Both the position numbers and the translations under genes were made by a program. Below are positions 36,386 through 46,278 of a stretch of 64,000 nucleotides of DNA, piece by piece. This DNA is from Isosphaeraceae bacterium (lineage in GTDB: Bacteria; Planctomycetota; Planctomycetia; Isosphaerales; Isosphaeraceae), in contig CBDAVP010000003.1 in assembly GCA_965201075.1 (NCBI GenBank), positions 1 through 64,000 of the forward strand, in the 5' to 3' direction. The notes under the pieces are model-generated. The model saw only the letters and a program-made list of their open reading frames with translations. It was not told the origin of the DNA and made no database searches. Within the stretch, counting starts at the first letter, position 1. Each line of letters opens with the position of its first letter.

Positions 36386-39217
36386 TCAGCCGCCAAGTGT
36401 GACTTCCACTTCGGCCAGCTCGTGAGGGGTCAGGTCGACCAGCACCGCATCATCCTCAATGCGGAGGTCGGCCAGAAGGTTGCCGACGTAATCCACCTGG
36501 CGGGCCGCGGAGGGGTTGCGCGGCAGGCGTAGCCTGGCTCGACAGGCTCGTCCCGTGGTCTCGACGAGGTGGAAGGCGAGACTTCCTGGCTCTCCGGCGA
36601 GCGGGGCGACGCGGGTCACGGCGACCGAGGCGGGTTCCAGGGCGAAGAACCAGCCGCTTGGACCGGTGGCGGGCGGCCCCTCGGTGACGGGAATCAGAAG
36701 GGTGGAGGCCAGCAGGTCAGTGGCCCCCTGGTGAGGGTGCTCCAGGTCCAGGGCGACGGCCAGTTGGAACCGTCGGCAGGTTTCGGACCCGCCGAGCAGC
36801 AGGGTATCGAGCATCCTCGTCCCCCGTCGTCGGTGGTGAGCCAGGCCGCCGAAAAGCAAGGTGGTCCGCTGCCGACGGAGGCCAATCTCCAGGGCGTCGG
36901 GCGTCTCGGGACGGTCGGCGGTCGTGGGGATCGGCGCGAGGAAGCTTGTCCGGCGCAATTCGGCTCCCGAATCCGGCCAGGCCCAACGGCAGGCCAGGTA
37001 ACGCTCCCAGGGGTCGGCGTCCGCCAGGAGGGCCAGCCACGACGTGTCGAGGTCGGCCAGGGTGATCTCCAGGTCTACGGTCGGTCGCGCCGCCCTCAAG
37101 GTGATGACCTGGAGAAACGTGGCCAAGCGCCGCCCGGCGCCGTCGCGGATTTGGCCGCGGGACTCGGCGCGGGCGAGAGCCGGCCCCGAATGGGTCACGC
37201 GGAATGAGTCCCCCGCCATGACCGATGGCCCATCCCCCCCTCCCAGGATCACAAGTTGCTGGGCCACGCGGGCGACCTGCTCGTGGACTCCCCGGATCGA
37301 GCGGATTCCGCCCGTGGTCTCGTCAACCTCCACGGCGACCGACCCATTGCTCAGGGTCTGGCCCGAGATCATGCCGCCGCTGCCCGCGTCGGGCGGGGTC
37401 GAGGCGTTGGACCGCGGCACCCAGGCATAGCCAAACGCCGGTAGGTCGACCACGCCGAAAGTTCCCCCTTCCACCGGCTGGGCGGCGCGGAGCGGATGGC
37501 GAGGACCGAGGTCGAACGCATCCGGAAGCTCGACGCCCACCCGGCGAGCCACCCCCACCGGGTTGAGGAGCAAGAATCCCGGGCCCTTCGATGGATCGCC
37601 ATTGGCGATGACCGCCGCCAGGGCGTCGGTCCGCTCCCGTTCGACGTCCTTCAACGCCGAAGCCGCCTCGTCATTGCGACCCTCCTCGATCCGGTCGGCA
37701 ATCCTCGCGTCGTCCTCTGGCTCCCCAAGAGGAATGCCCAACGCGAGGGCCAAGGAACTCAATCCCTGGGCCGACGCGAGGCGGGCCCGCAGGCGAGCAT
37801 GCTCGGCCCGACCGGAAAGGGGCGTCGGGTCCTTCCGGGCGACGGCCTGCGCCAGGTAGGGAGTGACGTAGTCGTCGGGGGTCGTGCGAAAGGTGTCGTA
37901 GGGGCGGTCGGTCCGGTGAAAGTAGTCGGAGAGGCTTGCCCAGCGGGCCAAGACGGGCGAATAAGCGGCGACCCGCCGCAGGTCGTCGTACCAGCCGGCC
38001 ACGGGCGAGGGCCAGTGCGCCAGAGGCAGCGTCGGCGTCTGGTCGTCCTTCATCGCCTCGCCGAGAAGCCAGGGCAGTCGCGGGCCCGAAGCCGCGCGGT
38101 CGGCCCCCAGCGGCGGTCGGGTCAGGACTTCCAGGGTCGAATGATCGGGTGCTTCCCAGAGCCGCTTCGGCTCGTTGCGGACCGGGAAGAGGCCGTCATC
38201 CAGACCGAGATGAATCCCATAACGGAAGCCGAAACGGCGGGCGATCTGGGGCAGGAGTGGGTAGAGCCCGAACCGTCGACGGGCCAGGGTCTCGACGTCG
38301 CGGTTCCCCAGGTGCCTCCGATACATTTCCGATCCCTGGCGGAACTGCCAGAGGACCGTCTCCACCGGCCTCAGCGGCTCATCCACCTCGGTCAAGGCCC
38401 CGCCAATGACGTCCACCCAACCTTCCTCGACGCCGGCCAGCAGCGCGGCGACGTCGGCGGGGGCGGATCGCGCCTGAGCCTCGATGGCCATCGCCGGCCC
38501 GAGAATCGTCAACGGCACCTTCGCCGAGAGTGGGGCGGCCAGCGACCCGGGAGGGCTGTTGGGGTCGAGGAGGCAGAGGTCCAGGATATAGGCGTCGGTG
38601 GGATAGAACCGCTCTCGGGCCTCGGTCAACAGCTCGAAGGCCGCGCGGAGGCGGCCGGCCGCGGCGGAGTGATCGCCCTCCACGAAGGCCCGGGCGCCGG
38701 CCAGGGTCTCTCGGGCGAGACTCTCGTGGTCGAGGCAGTCGACGTGGCCCATCGCGGCCGTCAGGTCTCGCAGCATCCAGCGGGCGGTCCCCAGCGCCAG
38801 AAAGTCCAGCACCAGCGGGTCGTCGAGGGAGGCTTGCGGAGGCTCGGCCCCGGTCGTCACCAGTTCTCGCAGGACTTGCCCGGCGATTGCCGCCCGATCC
38901 GCCCCAGCCACATCCACGGCCGTCGCCCCCGCGCCGTCGAGACGGGCGCGGTGATCGGCGGGAAGCAATGCGTCCGCGCCGACGGCCAGGACCTGGACGT
39001 CGCCAGGGTCGGCGGCGGAGAGGACTTCGGGGTCCAGCGACGACGGCAAGGCATCCAGGCGCGCCAGAATCTCCGGGTGCCAGACCGCCGAGGCGACCGC
39101 CCAGGCCGAGGCGGCGGTGGATTCGTCCAGGTCGGCCGGCGGTTCGCGACCGTCGCCGGGGATCAGCACCAGGAGGCGGCGACGGGTGGGCGGGGCGGAG
39201 GGGTCGTCGAGGGACAT
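36386..39217 (-). CDS. Large protein with remote GH38 (alpha-mannosidase)-like architecture
   Basis: VIGG...E.D, WEAPDHS, LLNPVG, LPAFGY, FHLVETTG, LTPHEL.EV resemble GH38 domains. Confidence 0.55.
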   Translation of the reverse strand: MSLDDPSAPPTRRRLLVLIPGDGREPPADLDESTAASAWAVASAVWHPEILARLDALPSSLDPEVLSAADPGDVQVLAVGADALLPADHRARLDGAGATAVDVAGADRAAIAGQVLRELVTTGAEPPQASLDDPLVLDFLALGTARWMLRDLTAAMGHVDCLDHESLARETLAGARAFVEGDHSAAAGRLRAAFELLTEARERFYPTDAYILDLCLLDPNSPPGSLAAPLSAKVPLTILGPAMAIEAQARSAPADVAALLAGVEEGWVDVIGGALTEVDEPLRPVETVLWQFRQGSEMYRRHLGNRDVETLARRRFGLYPLLPQIARRFGFRYGIHLGLDDGLFPVRNEPKRLWEAPDHSTLEVLTRPPLGADRAASGPRLPWLLGEAMKDDQTPTLPLAHWPSPVAGWYDDLRRVAAYSPVLARWASLSDYFHRTDRPYDTFRTTPDDYVTPYLAQAVARKDPTPLSGRAEHARLRARLASAQGLSSLALALGIPLGEPEDDARIADRIEEGRNDEAASALKDVERERTDALAAVIANGDPSKGPGFLLLNPVGVARRVGVELPDAFDLGPRHPLRAAQPVEGGTFGVVDLPAFGYAWVPRSNASTPPDAGSGGMISGQTLSNGSVAVEVDETTGGIRSIRGVHEQVARVAQQLVILGGGDGPSVMAGDSFRVTHSGPALARAESRGQIRDGAGRRLATFLQVITLRAARPTVDLEITLADLDTSWLALLADADPWERYLACRWAWPDSGAELRRTSFLAPIPTTADRPETPDALEIGLRRQRTTLLFGGLAHHRRRGTRMLDTLLLGGSETCRRFQLAVALDLEHPHQGATDLLASTLLIPVTEGPPATGPSGWFFALEPASVAVTRVAPLAGEPGSLAFHLVETTGRACRARLRLPRNPSAARQVDYVGNLLADLRIEDDAVLVDLTPHELAEVEVTLGG

Positions 39218-39300
39218 GCCAGGGTCACGGCCTCTTGGGTCACTCGGCGATCCGAGTTTCGTTGGCGAAATCGGCCGTCGCGTTCAGGACCGGCCGCCGA

Positions 39301-40011
39301 TCAGGAGCCGAGGGACGACCGGAATTCCTCGAATTCGTTACGCAAGGCGGCCAACGCGTGCCGCAACTCGATCACCTCGGCGCGCAGCGAGGCAACCTCG
39401 GCCGGGTCGGGGCGGGCGGTGGCTGGTCGCGAGGCGGGAGGTTCTTCAAAGGTGGGCGTCGGGGCGTTCTGGCGGACTTTCGCCAACTCCTCGGGAGGAT
39501 ACAGGCCGTGAGTCACGACCACCCCCCGACGGACACCTGGCGGCGACAGGAACACGACCAGTCCCCGACCCGCGAGCGTTTCCAGCAGCGAGTGCAGCCC
39601 GTCGAGGTCGGGCATCGCGTCCATCCGGTCGGCCCGGGAGCGGAGGTCTCCCTCGGTCTGAGGACCCCTCAGCAGCAGTTCGGCCAGCACCGCCATCGCC
39701 ACCGGCTGGTTGCGTAGGTCGAGCCAATCATAAAGGGCGTGCTTCCAGCGAACGACGCGGCCGGAGCCCTCGATTTGCACCGCCGCCCCTTTCCTGCGGA
39801 GCGACTGAAGGATGTCCTCGACATCGTCGGCGTCATACTGGGTCACGGGGTCGCGATTGCTCTTCTGGTTGCATCCCGTGACCAGCGCCGCGATGGACAG
39901 GGGGTAGGCGTCGGGGGTCGTCTTCTGCTTCTCGACGAGGACCCCCAACACCCGGCGTTCCTTGGCGGAGAGGGTCGGTCGGGCCGGCTCTGGGGGGTCG
40001 TTGGCGTTCAT
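39301..40011 (-). CDS. DUF480/YceH family protein
   Basis: RVLGVLVEKQKTTPDAYPLS, CNQKSNRDP, LLLRGPQT.G.LRSR. Confidence 0.9.
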   Translation of the reverse strand: MNANDPPEPARPTLSAKERRVLGVLVEKQKTTPDAYPLSIAALVTGCNQKSNRDPVTQYDADDVEDILQSLRRKGAAVQIEGSGRVVRWKHALYDWLDLRNQPVAMAVLAELLLRGPQTEGDLRSRADRMDAMPDLDGLHSLLETLAGRGLVVFLSPPGVRRGVVVTHGLYPPEELAKVRQNAPTPTFEEPPASRPATARPDPAEVASLRAEVIELRHALAALRNEFEEFRSSLGS

Positions 40012-40084
40012 CGTCGAGGGACTCTCCAGGGCGAACGGGCCATCCTAGCCGTCGCCAGGCCAGCGCTCAAGCAACCTCTCGGCG

Positions 40085-40876
40085 TCAGAACCGCCGGAGC
40101 CGATCGACCATCGCCGCGACCTGTGGGCCTTGGGGAAGGTTCGGGTCGGGCCAGACGGTCAAGTATCCCCGGTAGCCGACTTCCTCCATCGAGCCGAGAT
40201 ACGCTTCGAGGTCGAGGGCCCCCGGCGGATATCCCTGACCCCGAGGGTGGGCGACCCTGGCCGTGGCGGTCGCGTCATTGAGGTAGGCGTGGGCCAGGCG
40301 CGCACCCAGCGAGGCGACGGCGATGGAGGGGTCGAGCCCGAGGCGGAGCAAGGCCGCGGGGTCGAGACTGGCACCCAACGCGGGGGAGTCCTGGGCGTCG
40401 AGGATCGCCTTGAGGGCGTCGATCGTCGGTCCCTCGGTTTCCAGGGCGAGCCGGACGCCCCGGCGGTCGGCTCGGCGGGTCAGTTCCGTCATGGCCTGGG
40501 TGAAGGTGGCGAGTCTTGGGGCGTCGGGCCCGGACTCGGGCGGGACTGGGCCGACGCGGACCAGGACCATGCGGGCCCCTAATTCATAAGCCAGGGAGCA
40601 GGCGGCCTCGGCGCGGGCGAGTCGGTCTTCGAGCTGGTCGATGGTGTCAAACGGACGGCGGGTGGGGAGGTGTAGCGCGACTAAAGCCAGTTCGGTCGAG
40701 CGCAGAAGGTGGCGGATTTCCCGGCGTCCGGTGTCCGAGAGCCGGGCCGGCGCCAGGTCTCCCGCGGCGTCGAGGACCACGCCCCGGGCGCCGTGGACGG
40801 CGGCCTCGCGTACCTGGTCCCGAATCGAAGCGGCGGGCTCGGGGTTGATCCGCAGGCCGAGGGGGTGGCCGATCAT
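40085..40876 (-). CDS. Sugar phosphate isomerase/epimerase family (TIM barrel), divergent
   Basis: LALET, LDPA, GYRGYLTV. Confidence 0.7.
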   Translation of the reverse strand: MIGHPLGLRINPEPAASIRDQVREAAVHGARGVVLDAAGDLAPARLSDTGRREIRHLLRSTELALVALHLPTRRPFDTIDQLEDRLARAEAACSLAYELGARMVLVRVGPVPPESGPDAPRLATFTQAMTELTRRADRRGVRLALETEGPTIDALKAILDAQDSPALGASLDPAALLRLGLDPSIAVASLGARLAHAYLNDATATARVAHPRGQGYPPGALDLEAYLGSMEEVGYRGYLTVWPDPNLPQGPQVAAMVDRLRRF

Positions 40877-41004
40877 CGTTGAGGGACCTTGGGTCGGATT
40901 GGCGCCGGGGGTCGGACCGAGTTCCAATGGGCGGGACGCTCGGCCCCAGTTGGGGACGTCATTCTATTGGGACGTGGGTCGGGCCGCTTGGCCAGGGGAA
41001 TTTC

Positions 41005-42414
41005 GTGGCGGATCTCGCGGCCTGGCATCTCGCGACCCCGCTCGATCTCCCACTCGGAGAACTGGTCCGCCGCGTCGGGGCCCTCCCCGGCGCCGCGATC
41101 CTCGAAGGCGGGGCGGGATTCGGCCACGGGGGCCGCTGGAGCGTCTATACCGCCGAACCGATCCTGATCTTCGAGGCGGATGACCACGGCTGGCGACTGA
41201 TCGGCGGCGTCCGCCCGGAAATTCCCCCTGGGGACGATCCCCTCCAAGCTCTGGCGAGCCTACTGGATCAGTACGCCCTGGCCCGCCCGGAGGACGCCCC
41301 CGATCCCGACGCCCCGCCATTCCGAGGAGGTCTGATTGGGTTCTTCTCCTATGACCTGGCCCCCCGACTGGAACGGTTGCCCCGCCGCGCGCCGGCCGAC
41401 TCGCGGATGCCAACAATCCGCTTCGGCCTTTATGACTGGGCGGCAACGGTCGACCACCGCGACGGCCGCGCCCAACTTGAGGTGTTTGACCTGGATGGGC
41501 AGGGCGGCCTGTCGGCGAGGTTGAGGGACCGAGAACGCCGGTTGCGTCGCGACCCGGAGCCGCCGCGACCCTCGATTCTGGAAATCCCGGAGCCGATTGT
41601 CTCGCGGTCGTCCTACCTCGACGCGGTGGGCCAGGCTCTCGAATACATCCGGGCGGGAGACATCTTCCAGGTCAACCTGTCCCAACGATTCGACGCCCAG
41701 GGGAGCCCCGAACCGTTGGATCTGTATACCCGGTTGAGGGCACGCAGTCCGGCGCCATTCTCGGCCTTCCTGAGCTGGGACGATCTGGCGATCCTAAGCG
41801 CGAGCCCGGAGTGGTTTTACCGCAGCGAGGGAGACCGGCTCGTGACCCGGCCGATCAAGGGGACGCGGCCCCGGGGCTCGACCCCCGCCGAGGATCTTGC
41901 CAACATCGAAGCCCTGGTGGCCAGCCCCAAGGATCGGGCGGAACTGACGATGATCGTGGACCTCGAACGGAACGATCTGGGCCGGGTCTGTCGTTACGGG
42001 TCGGTCCGCGTCACCGACCCCTGGACGTTGGAGTCGTATGCCCAGGTGCACCACCTCGTCGCCACGGTCGAGGGACAAATCCGCGAGGGGGCAGGGCCAG
42101 TCGACATCGTTCGCGCCCTGTTTCCGGGCGGGTCGATCACCGGCGCTCCCAAGATCCGAGCGATGGAGATCATCGATGAGCTGGAACCGACTCGCCGGGG
42201 GGTCTACACCGGCTCGATTGGCTATTTCGGCAAAGGTGGGACCTCCGCGTTCAACATCGCCATCCGCACCTTGCTGGTGGAGGGGCCTCGGGTGAGTTAT
42301 CAGGTGGGCGGGGGGATTGTCGCCGATAGCCTGCCTGACTCCGAATACCAGGAGACCCTCCACAAAGGCCAAGGGCTGCACGACGTCGTCTCCGGCTGGG
42401 GGCTAAGGCCGTGA
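41005..42414 (+). CDS. pabB: Aminodeoxychorismate synthase component I
   Basis: RPIKGT (PabB Lys), KDRAELTMIVDLERNDL, PGGSITGAPK; followed by a class IV enzyme. Confidence 0.9.
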   Translation: MADLAAWHLATPLDLPLGELVRRVGALPGAAILEGGAGFGHGGRWSVYTAEPILIFEADDHGWRLIGGVRPEIPPGDDPLQALASLLDQYALARPEDAPDPDAPPFRGGLIGFFSYDLAPRLERLPRRAPADSRMPTIRFGLYDWAATVDHRDGRAQLEVFDLDGQGGLSARLRDRERRLRRDPEPPRPSILEIPEPIVSRSSYLDAVGQALEYIRAGDIFQVNLSQRFDAQGSPEPLDLYTRLRARSPAPFSAFLSWDDLAILSASPEWFYRSEGDRLVTRPIKGTRPRGSTPAEDLANIEALVASPKDRAELTMIVDLERNDLGRVCRYGSVRVTDPWTLESYAQVHHLVATVEGQIREGAGPVDIVRALFPGGSITGAPKIRAMEIIDELEPTRRGVYTGSIGYFGKGGTSAFNIAIRTLLVEGPRVSYQVGGGIVADSLPDSEYQETLHKGQGLHDVVSGWGLRP

Positions 42415-43226
42415 TCTGGGTCGAGGGACGGGTCGTGCCGGACGAGGCCCTGACAATCCCGGCGCTGGACCGCGCCTTCGAACACGGTCTGGGCCTGTTT
42501 GAAACCTTGCGAACCTGGGAGGGCCGCGCTCCACTGCTGGGACGTCACCTTCGACGGATGACGGATTCGGCGAGGGCTCTGGGCCTACACCTGAATCCCG
42601 CCCGTTTGCCGACCCCGGAGGCCGTTTCTGCGTTGCTCCAAGCCGAGAACTTCAGGGGCGACGCGTTGCTGCGGATCACCATGACGGGAGGAACCGACGA
42701 ACCGGGCAGCGCAGTGGTCTGGATGCGGGCGCGAACCCTGCCGCCCCCCGGACGTGCGGGCGGGGCAATTGTCGAGACGACCTGGGAGGTCTCCCGAGAC
42801 GATTCCCTCGCCCGTCACAAATCCCTCAATTACTGGGGCCGTCGACGGGCTCACGAGCGGGCGATCGCCGCGGGGACCGATGAGTTGCTCAGTCGGTCGG
42901 CCGATGGTCGGTACTGGGAAGGCAGCCGCACGAGCCTGTTCCTGGTTGCCGAGCAAGCCTTGCTCACGCCGCCCGCCTCGGGACCGATCGTACCGGGCGT
43001 GATGCGTGGCCTGGTCGTGGACCAAGGCGCGATCGAGACCGAGGTGGATTTCGCCCTTTTGGATCGCGCCAGCGAGGCGTTCCTGACCAACTCAGTCCGG
43101 GGCATCATCCCGATCGGCCGACTCTTCGGCCGCGATTTGCCCGCCCCGGGACCGATCGCCGGATCTCTGGCCTCGGATCTGGATGTCTGGTGTCGAGAAC
43201 TTGCCCGATCGGGACGAAACGGTTGA
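42411..43226 (+). CDS. pabC: Class IV PLP enzyme, probable 4-amino-4-deoxychorismate lyase
   Basis: GLFETLR, HKSLNY, PGVMR, EAFLTNS; overlaps the pabB stop. Confidence 0.75.
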   Translation: MIWVEGRVVPDEALTIPALDRAFEHGLGLFETLRTWEGRAPLLGRHLRRMTDSARALGLHLNPARLPTPEAVSALLQAENFRGDALLRITMTGGTDEPGSAVVWMRARTLPPPGRAGGAIVETTWEVSRDDSLARHKSLNYWGRRRAHERAIAAGTDELLSRSADGRYWEGSRTSLFLVAEQALLTPPASGPIVPGVMRGLVVDQGAIETEVDFALLDRASEAFLTNSVRGIIPIGRLFGRDLPAPGPIAGSLASDLDVWCRELARSGRNG

Positions 43227-43251
43227 TTCCAGGCCCCCGGAGTCATTACGG

Positions 43252-44418
43252 ATGGCGGAAGTCGCGGAGGTCGCCGCATGGCTCGAACGGTTCGCCCCGT
43301 CGAGAATGGCCGAGGATTGGGACAACGTCGGGCTGCTCTGGGGTGACCCATCGGCGATCGTCGGCAAGGTGATGACCTGCCTGACCGTCACGGGTCCAGT
43401 GGCGGCGGAGGCGGTCGCCGAGGGGGTTGGGCTGATCGTCTCGCATCACCCGGTCCTGTTCCGCTCGACAAAGTCGGTTCGCGCGGACCGGCCCGAGGGG
43501 GCCATTCTCTGGTCATTGGCCAGGGCGGGGGTGGCCGTCTGTAGCCCTCACACGGCGTTCGACAACACGGTCGGCGGGATCAACGATGGCCTGGCCCGCC
43601 GCCTGGGACTGGTCGAGGTCGGCCCGTTACGACCGGGGAAGTTGCCGGAGACGTTCAAGATCGTGGTATTTACGCCGGCTTCCGCTCGGGACGCGGTGAT
43701 CGACGCCGCGTTCGCTCGGGGCGCGGGTCAAATCGGGGCTTATCAGCAATGTTCCTTCTCGGGACCGGGCCAGGGGACGTTTTGGGGAGGGGAGCGGACA
43801 AGCCCCGTGGTAGGGCAGTCGGGTCGTCGGGAACGGGTTCGCGAGCGACGGGTAGAATTGGTCTGTCCCGGAGACTGCCTCGGGCCGGTTCTGGGGGCGA
43901 TCCGGGCGGCTCATCCTTATGAGGAGTCGGCCCTCGACGTTTATCCGCTTCGGGCCGAAGCCTCGGGGCCGGGAGTCGGGCGGTTGGGACGCTTACCCGA
44001 GCCGATCTTGCTGGAACCGTTCGCGAGACGGGTGGTGGAGGTTCTCAAGACGGCGACGGGCCAGGTGGCGGGCGACCCGGATCGGGTGGTGTCGCGAGTG
44101 GCCATTGGTTGCGGCGCGGGGGATGACTTCCTGGAAGACGCGGCACGGGCCGGGGCGGACGTCCTCGTCACCGGGGAGGCACGGTTTCATCGCGCCCTGG
44201 AAGCCGAGGCGTTGGGAGTCGGCCTGATCCTGGCGGGTCACCATGCGACCGAACGGCCTGGTGTTGAAGACCTTGCGGGGGCGATCTACTCGGCGTTCCC
44301 GCAACTGGTGGTCTGGGCCAGCCGGAGCGAGACCGACCCTCTCCGGCCTGTCCCCTCGGTCGATCCGGGCGCAGCAAAACACCCCCGGAGAGCCGGGGGC
44401 GTTGGCGATTCGCGTTGA
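43252..44418 (+). CDS. Nif3/DUF34 dinuclear metal protein with PII-like insertion
   Basis: WDNVGL, SHHP, HTAFD, GAGQIGAY..CSF, AHPYEE, GHHATE. Confidence 0.92.
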   Translation: MAEVAEVAAWLERFAPSRMAEDWDNVGLLWGDPSAIVGKVMTCLTVTGPVAAEAVAEGVGLIVSHHPVLFRSTKSVRADRPEGAILWSLARAGVAVCSPHTAFDNTVGGINDGLARRLGLVEVGPLRPGKLPETFKIVVFTPASARDAVIDAAFARGAGQIGAYQQCSFSGPGQGTFWGGERTSPVVGQSGRRERVRERRVELVCPGDCLGPVLGAIRAAHPYEESALDVYPLRAEASGPGVGRLGRLPEPILLEPFARRVVEVLKTATGQVAGDPDRVVSRVAIGCGAGDDFLEDAARAGADVLVTGEARFHRALEAEALGVGLILAGHHATERPGVEDLAGAIYSAFPQLVVWASRSETDPLRPVPSVDPGAAKHPRRAGGVGDSR

Positions 44419-44440
44419 GACCAAAAGACGGTCGACCGGT

Positions 44441-44746
44441 TCAGCCGGCGGGCGGGGCGGCGGGCTCGACCTCGACGGGGTTGGCCTTGCCGCTGCGGGT
44501 GGCGGGGACGGCCAGATAGGTCTGGTGCTCCCACTGACCCTGCCAGGCGTGGCCGGACCAGCGCTGGAGCGAAATGGCGCGGACGGTGGGGCGGTCCTCG
44601 TCTCGGATCACCTCTCCCCAGGCGCCAGCGTAGGCGGCGCGAACCTGGGCGGAACTGCCGCCGACGCACAAAAGTCGCTCCCCGGCGGGAGCCAAGCAGG
44701 CAACGGCGCGCCAATCTTGCACGCCGGTGGATTCAGAAAGGCTCAT
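44441..44746 (-). CDS. Small hypothetical protein (101 aa)
   Basis: AAGGAG upstream; Trp-rich LQRWSGHAWQGQW segment. Confidence 0.6.
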   Translation of the reverse strand: MSLSESTGVQDWRAVACLAPAGERLLCVGGSSAQVRAAYAGAWGEVIRDEDRPTVRAISLQRWSGHAWQGQWEHQTYLAVPATRSGKANPVEVEPAAPPAG

Positions 44747-45155
44747 GGGTGTCACTCCTTGCTCGGGGTGGTCACGGCGACGGGTGGTCGCACGCAAGCA
44801 TCCCGGAGCCTGGGATTTCATTCGGGGATAAGCGGGCGGGACGATCATCGCGAGGGCAGACGGCGACGCCCCGCGGTGGGCGGGGCGTGGAGGGCAAGCC
44901 ACCATCTCCAACAATCGTCTCCCACCCAACGGCTACCAGGCTCGCGAGCCGGCCAATCGCGATCGCGTCCAACCCATCGAGGCCGGGAGGTTGGCCTACC
45001 GGGGCGAGAGGCCAGGGAGCGCGAACGCCGCTGGTTCGAAAGCCCGAGCCCGCCGAAACAGGGTCGGCGAGCCCGTTTCCATCAACAAGGGCATTGTACG
45101 ACGAGGCGCGTACGCTGGCGAATAAATTCCGCCAAATTCGCCCGATCTCCCGAGC

Positions 45156-46142
45156 TTAGAAGCGGATGAGGATTTTACCACGCTTGCCGACAGCTTCCGC
45201 CGCCTCCACTGCCTGGACGATTTCCGACGGCGGGAACGTTTCACCCAACTCCGTGGCGAGGACCCCAGCGCGGATCAAGGAAGCCAGGTCGCGAAACAAC
45301 CTCAACGCCTGAGGAATCGACCGCGACCGCATCCAGTGCCCCAGCCAGAACCCTTCCAGGACGCGGCGTCCGGCGATCATCCGGCGAGAGTCGACCTGGA
45401 TCGGCTCGCCCGTCAACGTGCCATAGACGAGCATCCTCCCGTCGCTGGCCAACGAGTCGAAGACACCGGTGCCGGTCTCGCCGCCGACGGGGTCGAGGGC
45501 GAAGCGAACCCCTTGCCCACCAACGATTTGCCTCACCTGGTCGGCGATCGGACCCTCGGTCGAGCAGATCACCGCGTCGGCCCCCAGGGCGGTCAGTTCA
45601 GCCTTGGCCTCGGGACGGCGGACCACGTTGATCGTCCGGAAGTCGTCGTGACGGCCCAATTTGATCATCATCCGGCCCAGGCTCGAACCGGCCGCCGACT
45701 GGAGCAGCCACTCACGGCGGGGGACTCGCAAAACGTGACGGGTCATCGCCAGGGCTGTCGCCGGGTTCACGAACGCCGAGGCGACCTGCTCGTCCGGGAT
45801 GTCGGCCGGGAAGGGGCGGGCCTGGCGGGCGGAAATCACGGCGTATTCAGCCCAATTCCCCCCCTTGTCATTAATCGCCAGGACTCGCTTCCCCTTGACC
45901 AGCCAGCCGAGAAGGCCCGGTCCGACCTTGTCAACCACGCCCACCCCCTCGAAACCAGGGGTTGAGGGCAGGGGGGGGAGGACACCGTAGCGACCGCGAA
46001 CGACCAGGAGGTCGGACGGGTTGATCGGGCTGGCGATCATCCGCACCCGAACCTGGCCGGGGCCGGGCTCGGGGATTGGCACGTCGGCCCAGCGGAGGAC
46101 TTCGGAGGGCTCGCCAAAACGGTCGAAGACGAGGGCTTTCAT
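45156..46142 (-). CDS. MDR-family oxidoreductase (quinone/enoyl reductase-like)
   Basis: SPINPSD, PGFEGVG, VNPATA, AAGSSLG, GKILI. Confidence 0.9.
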   Translation of the reverse strand: MKALVFDRFGEPSEVLRWADVPIPEPGPGQVRVRMIASPINPSDLLVVRGRYGVLPPLPSTPGFEGVGVVDKVGPGLLGWLVKGKRVLAINDKGGNWAEYAVISARQARPFPADIPDEQVASAFVNPATALAMTRHVLRVPRREWLLQSAAGSSLGRMMIKLGRHDDFRTINVVRRPEAKAELTALGADAVICSTEGPIADQVRQIVGGQGVRFALDPVGGETGTGVFDSLASDGRMLVYGTLTGEPIQVDSRRMIAGRRVLEGFWLGHWMRSRSIPQALRLFRDLASLIRAGVLATELGETFPPSEIVQAVEAAEAVGKRGKILIRF

Positions 46143-46278
46143 CGCGGTCGGTTCGCCACAAAAGGGTTGCGATGCGGAGCGTTCGGGCGGACCGGCCACG
46201 GTAGCATGGGCGGGGCGGGTGACGCGAGCGCCCCAGGCGGCTATCCTGGGGCGGATCTTCCGGGGAGGACTTTCACCG

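Noticed and set aside
44382..44399. CCCCCGG-agag-CCGGGGG hairpin as a repeat element
   Set aside because: Single copy between convergent genes; at most a terminator-like stem
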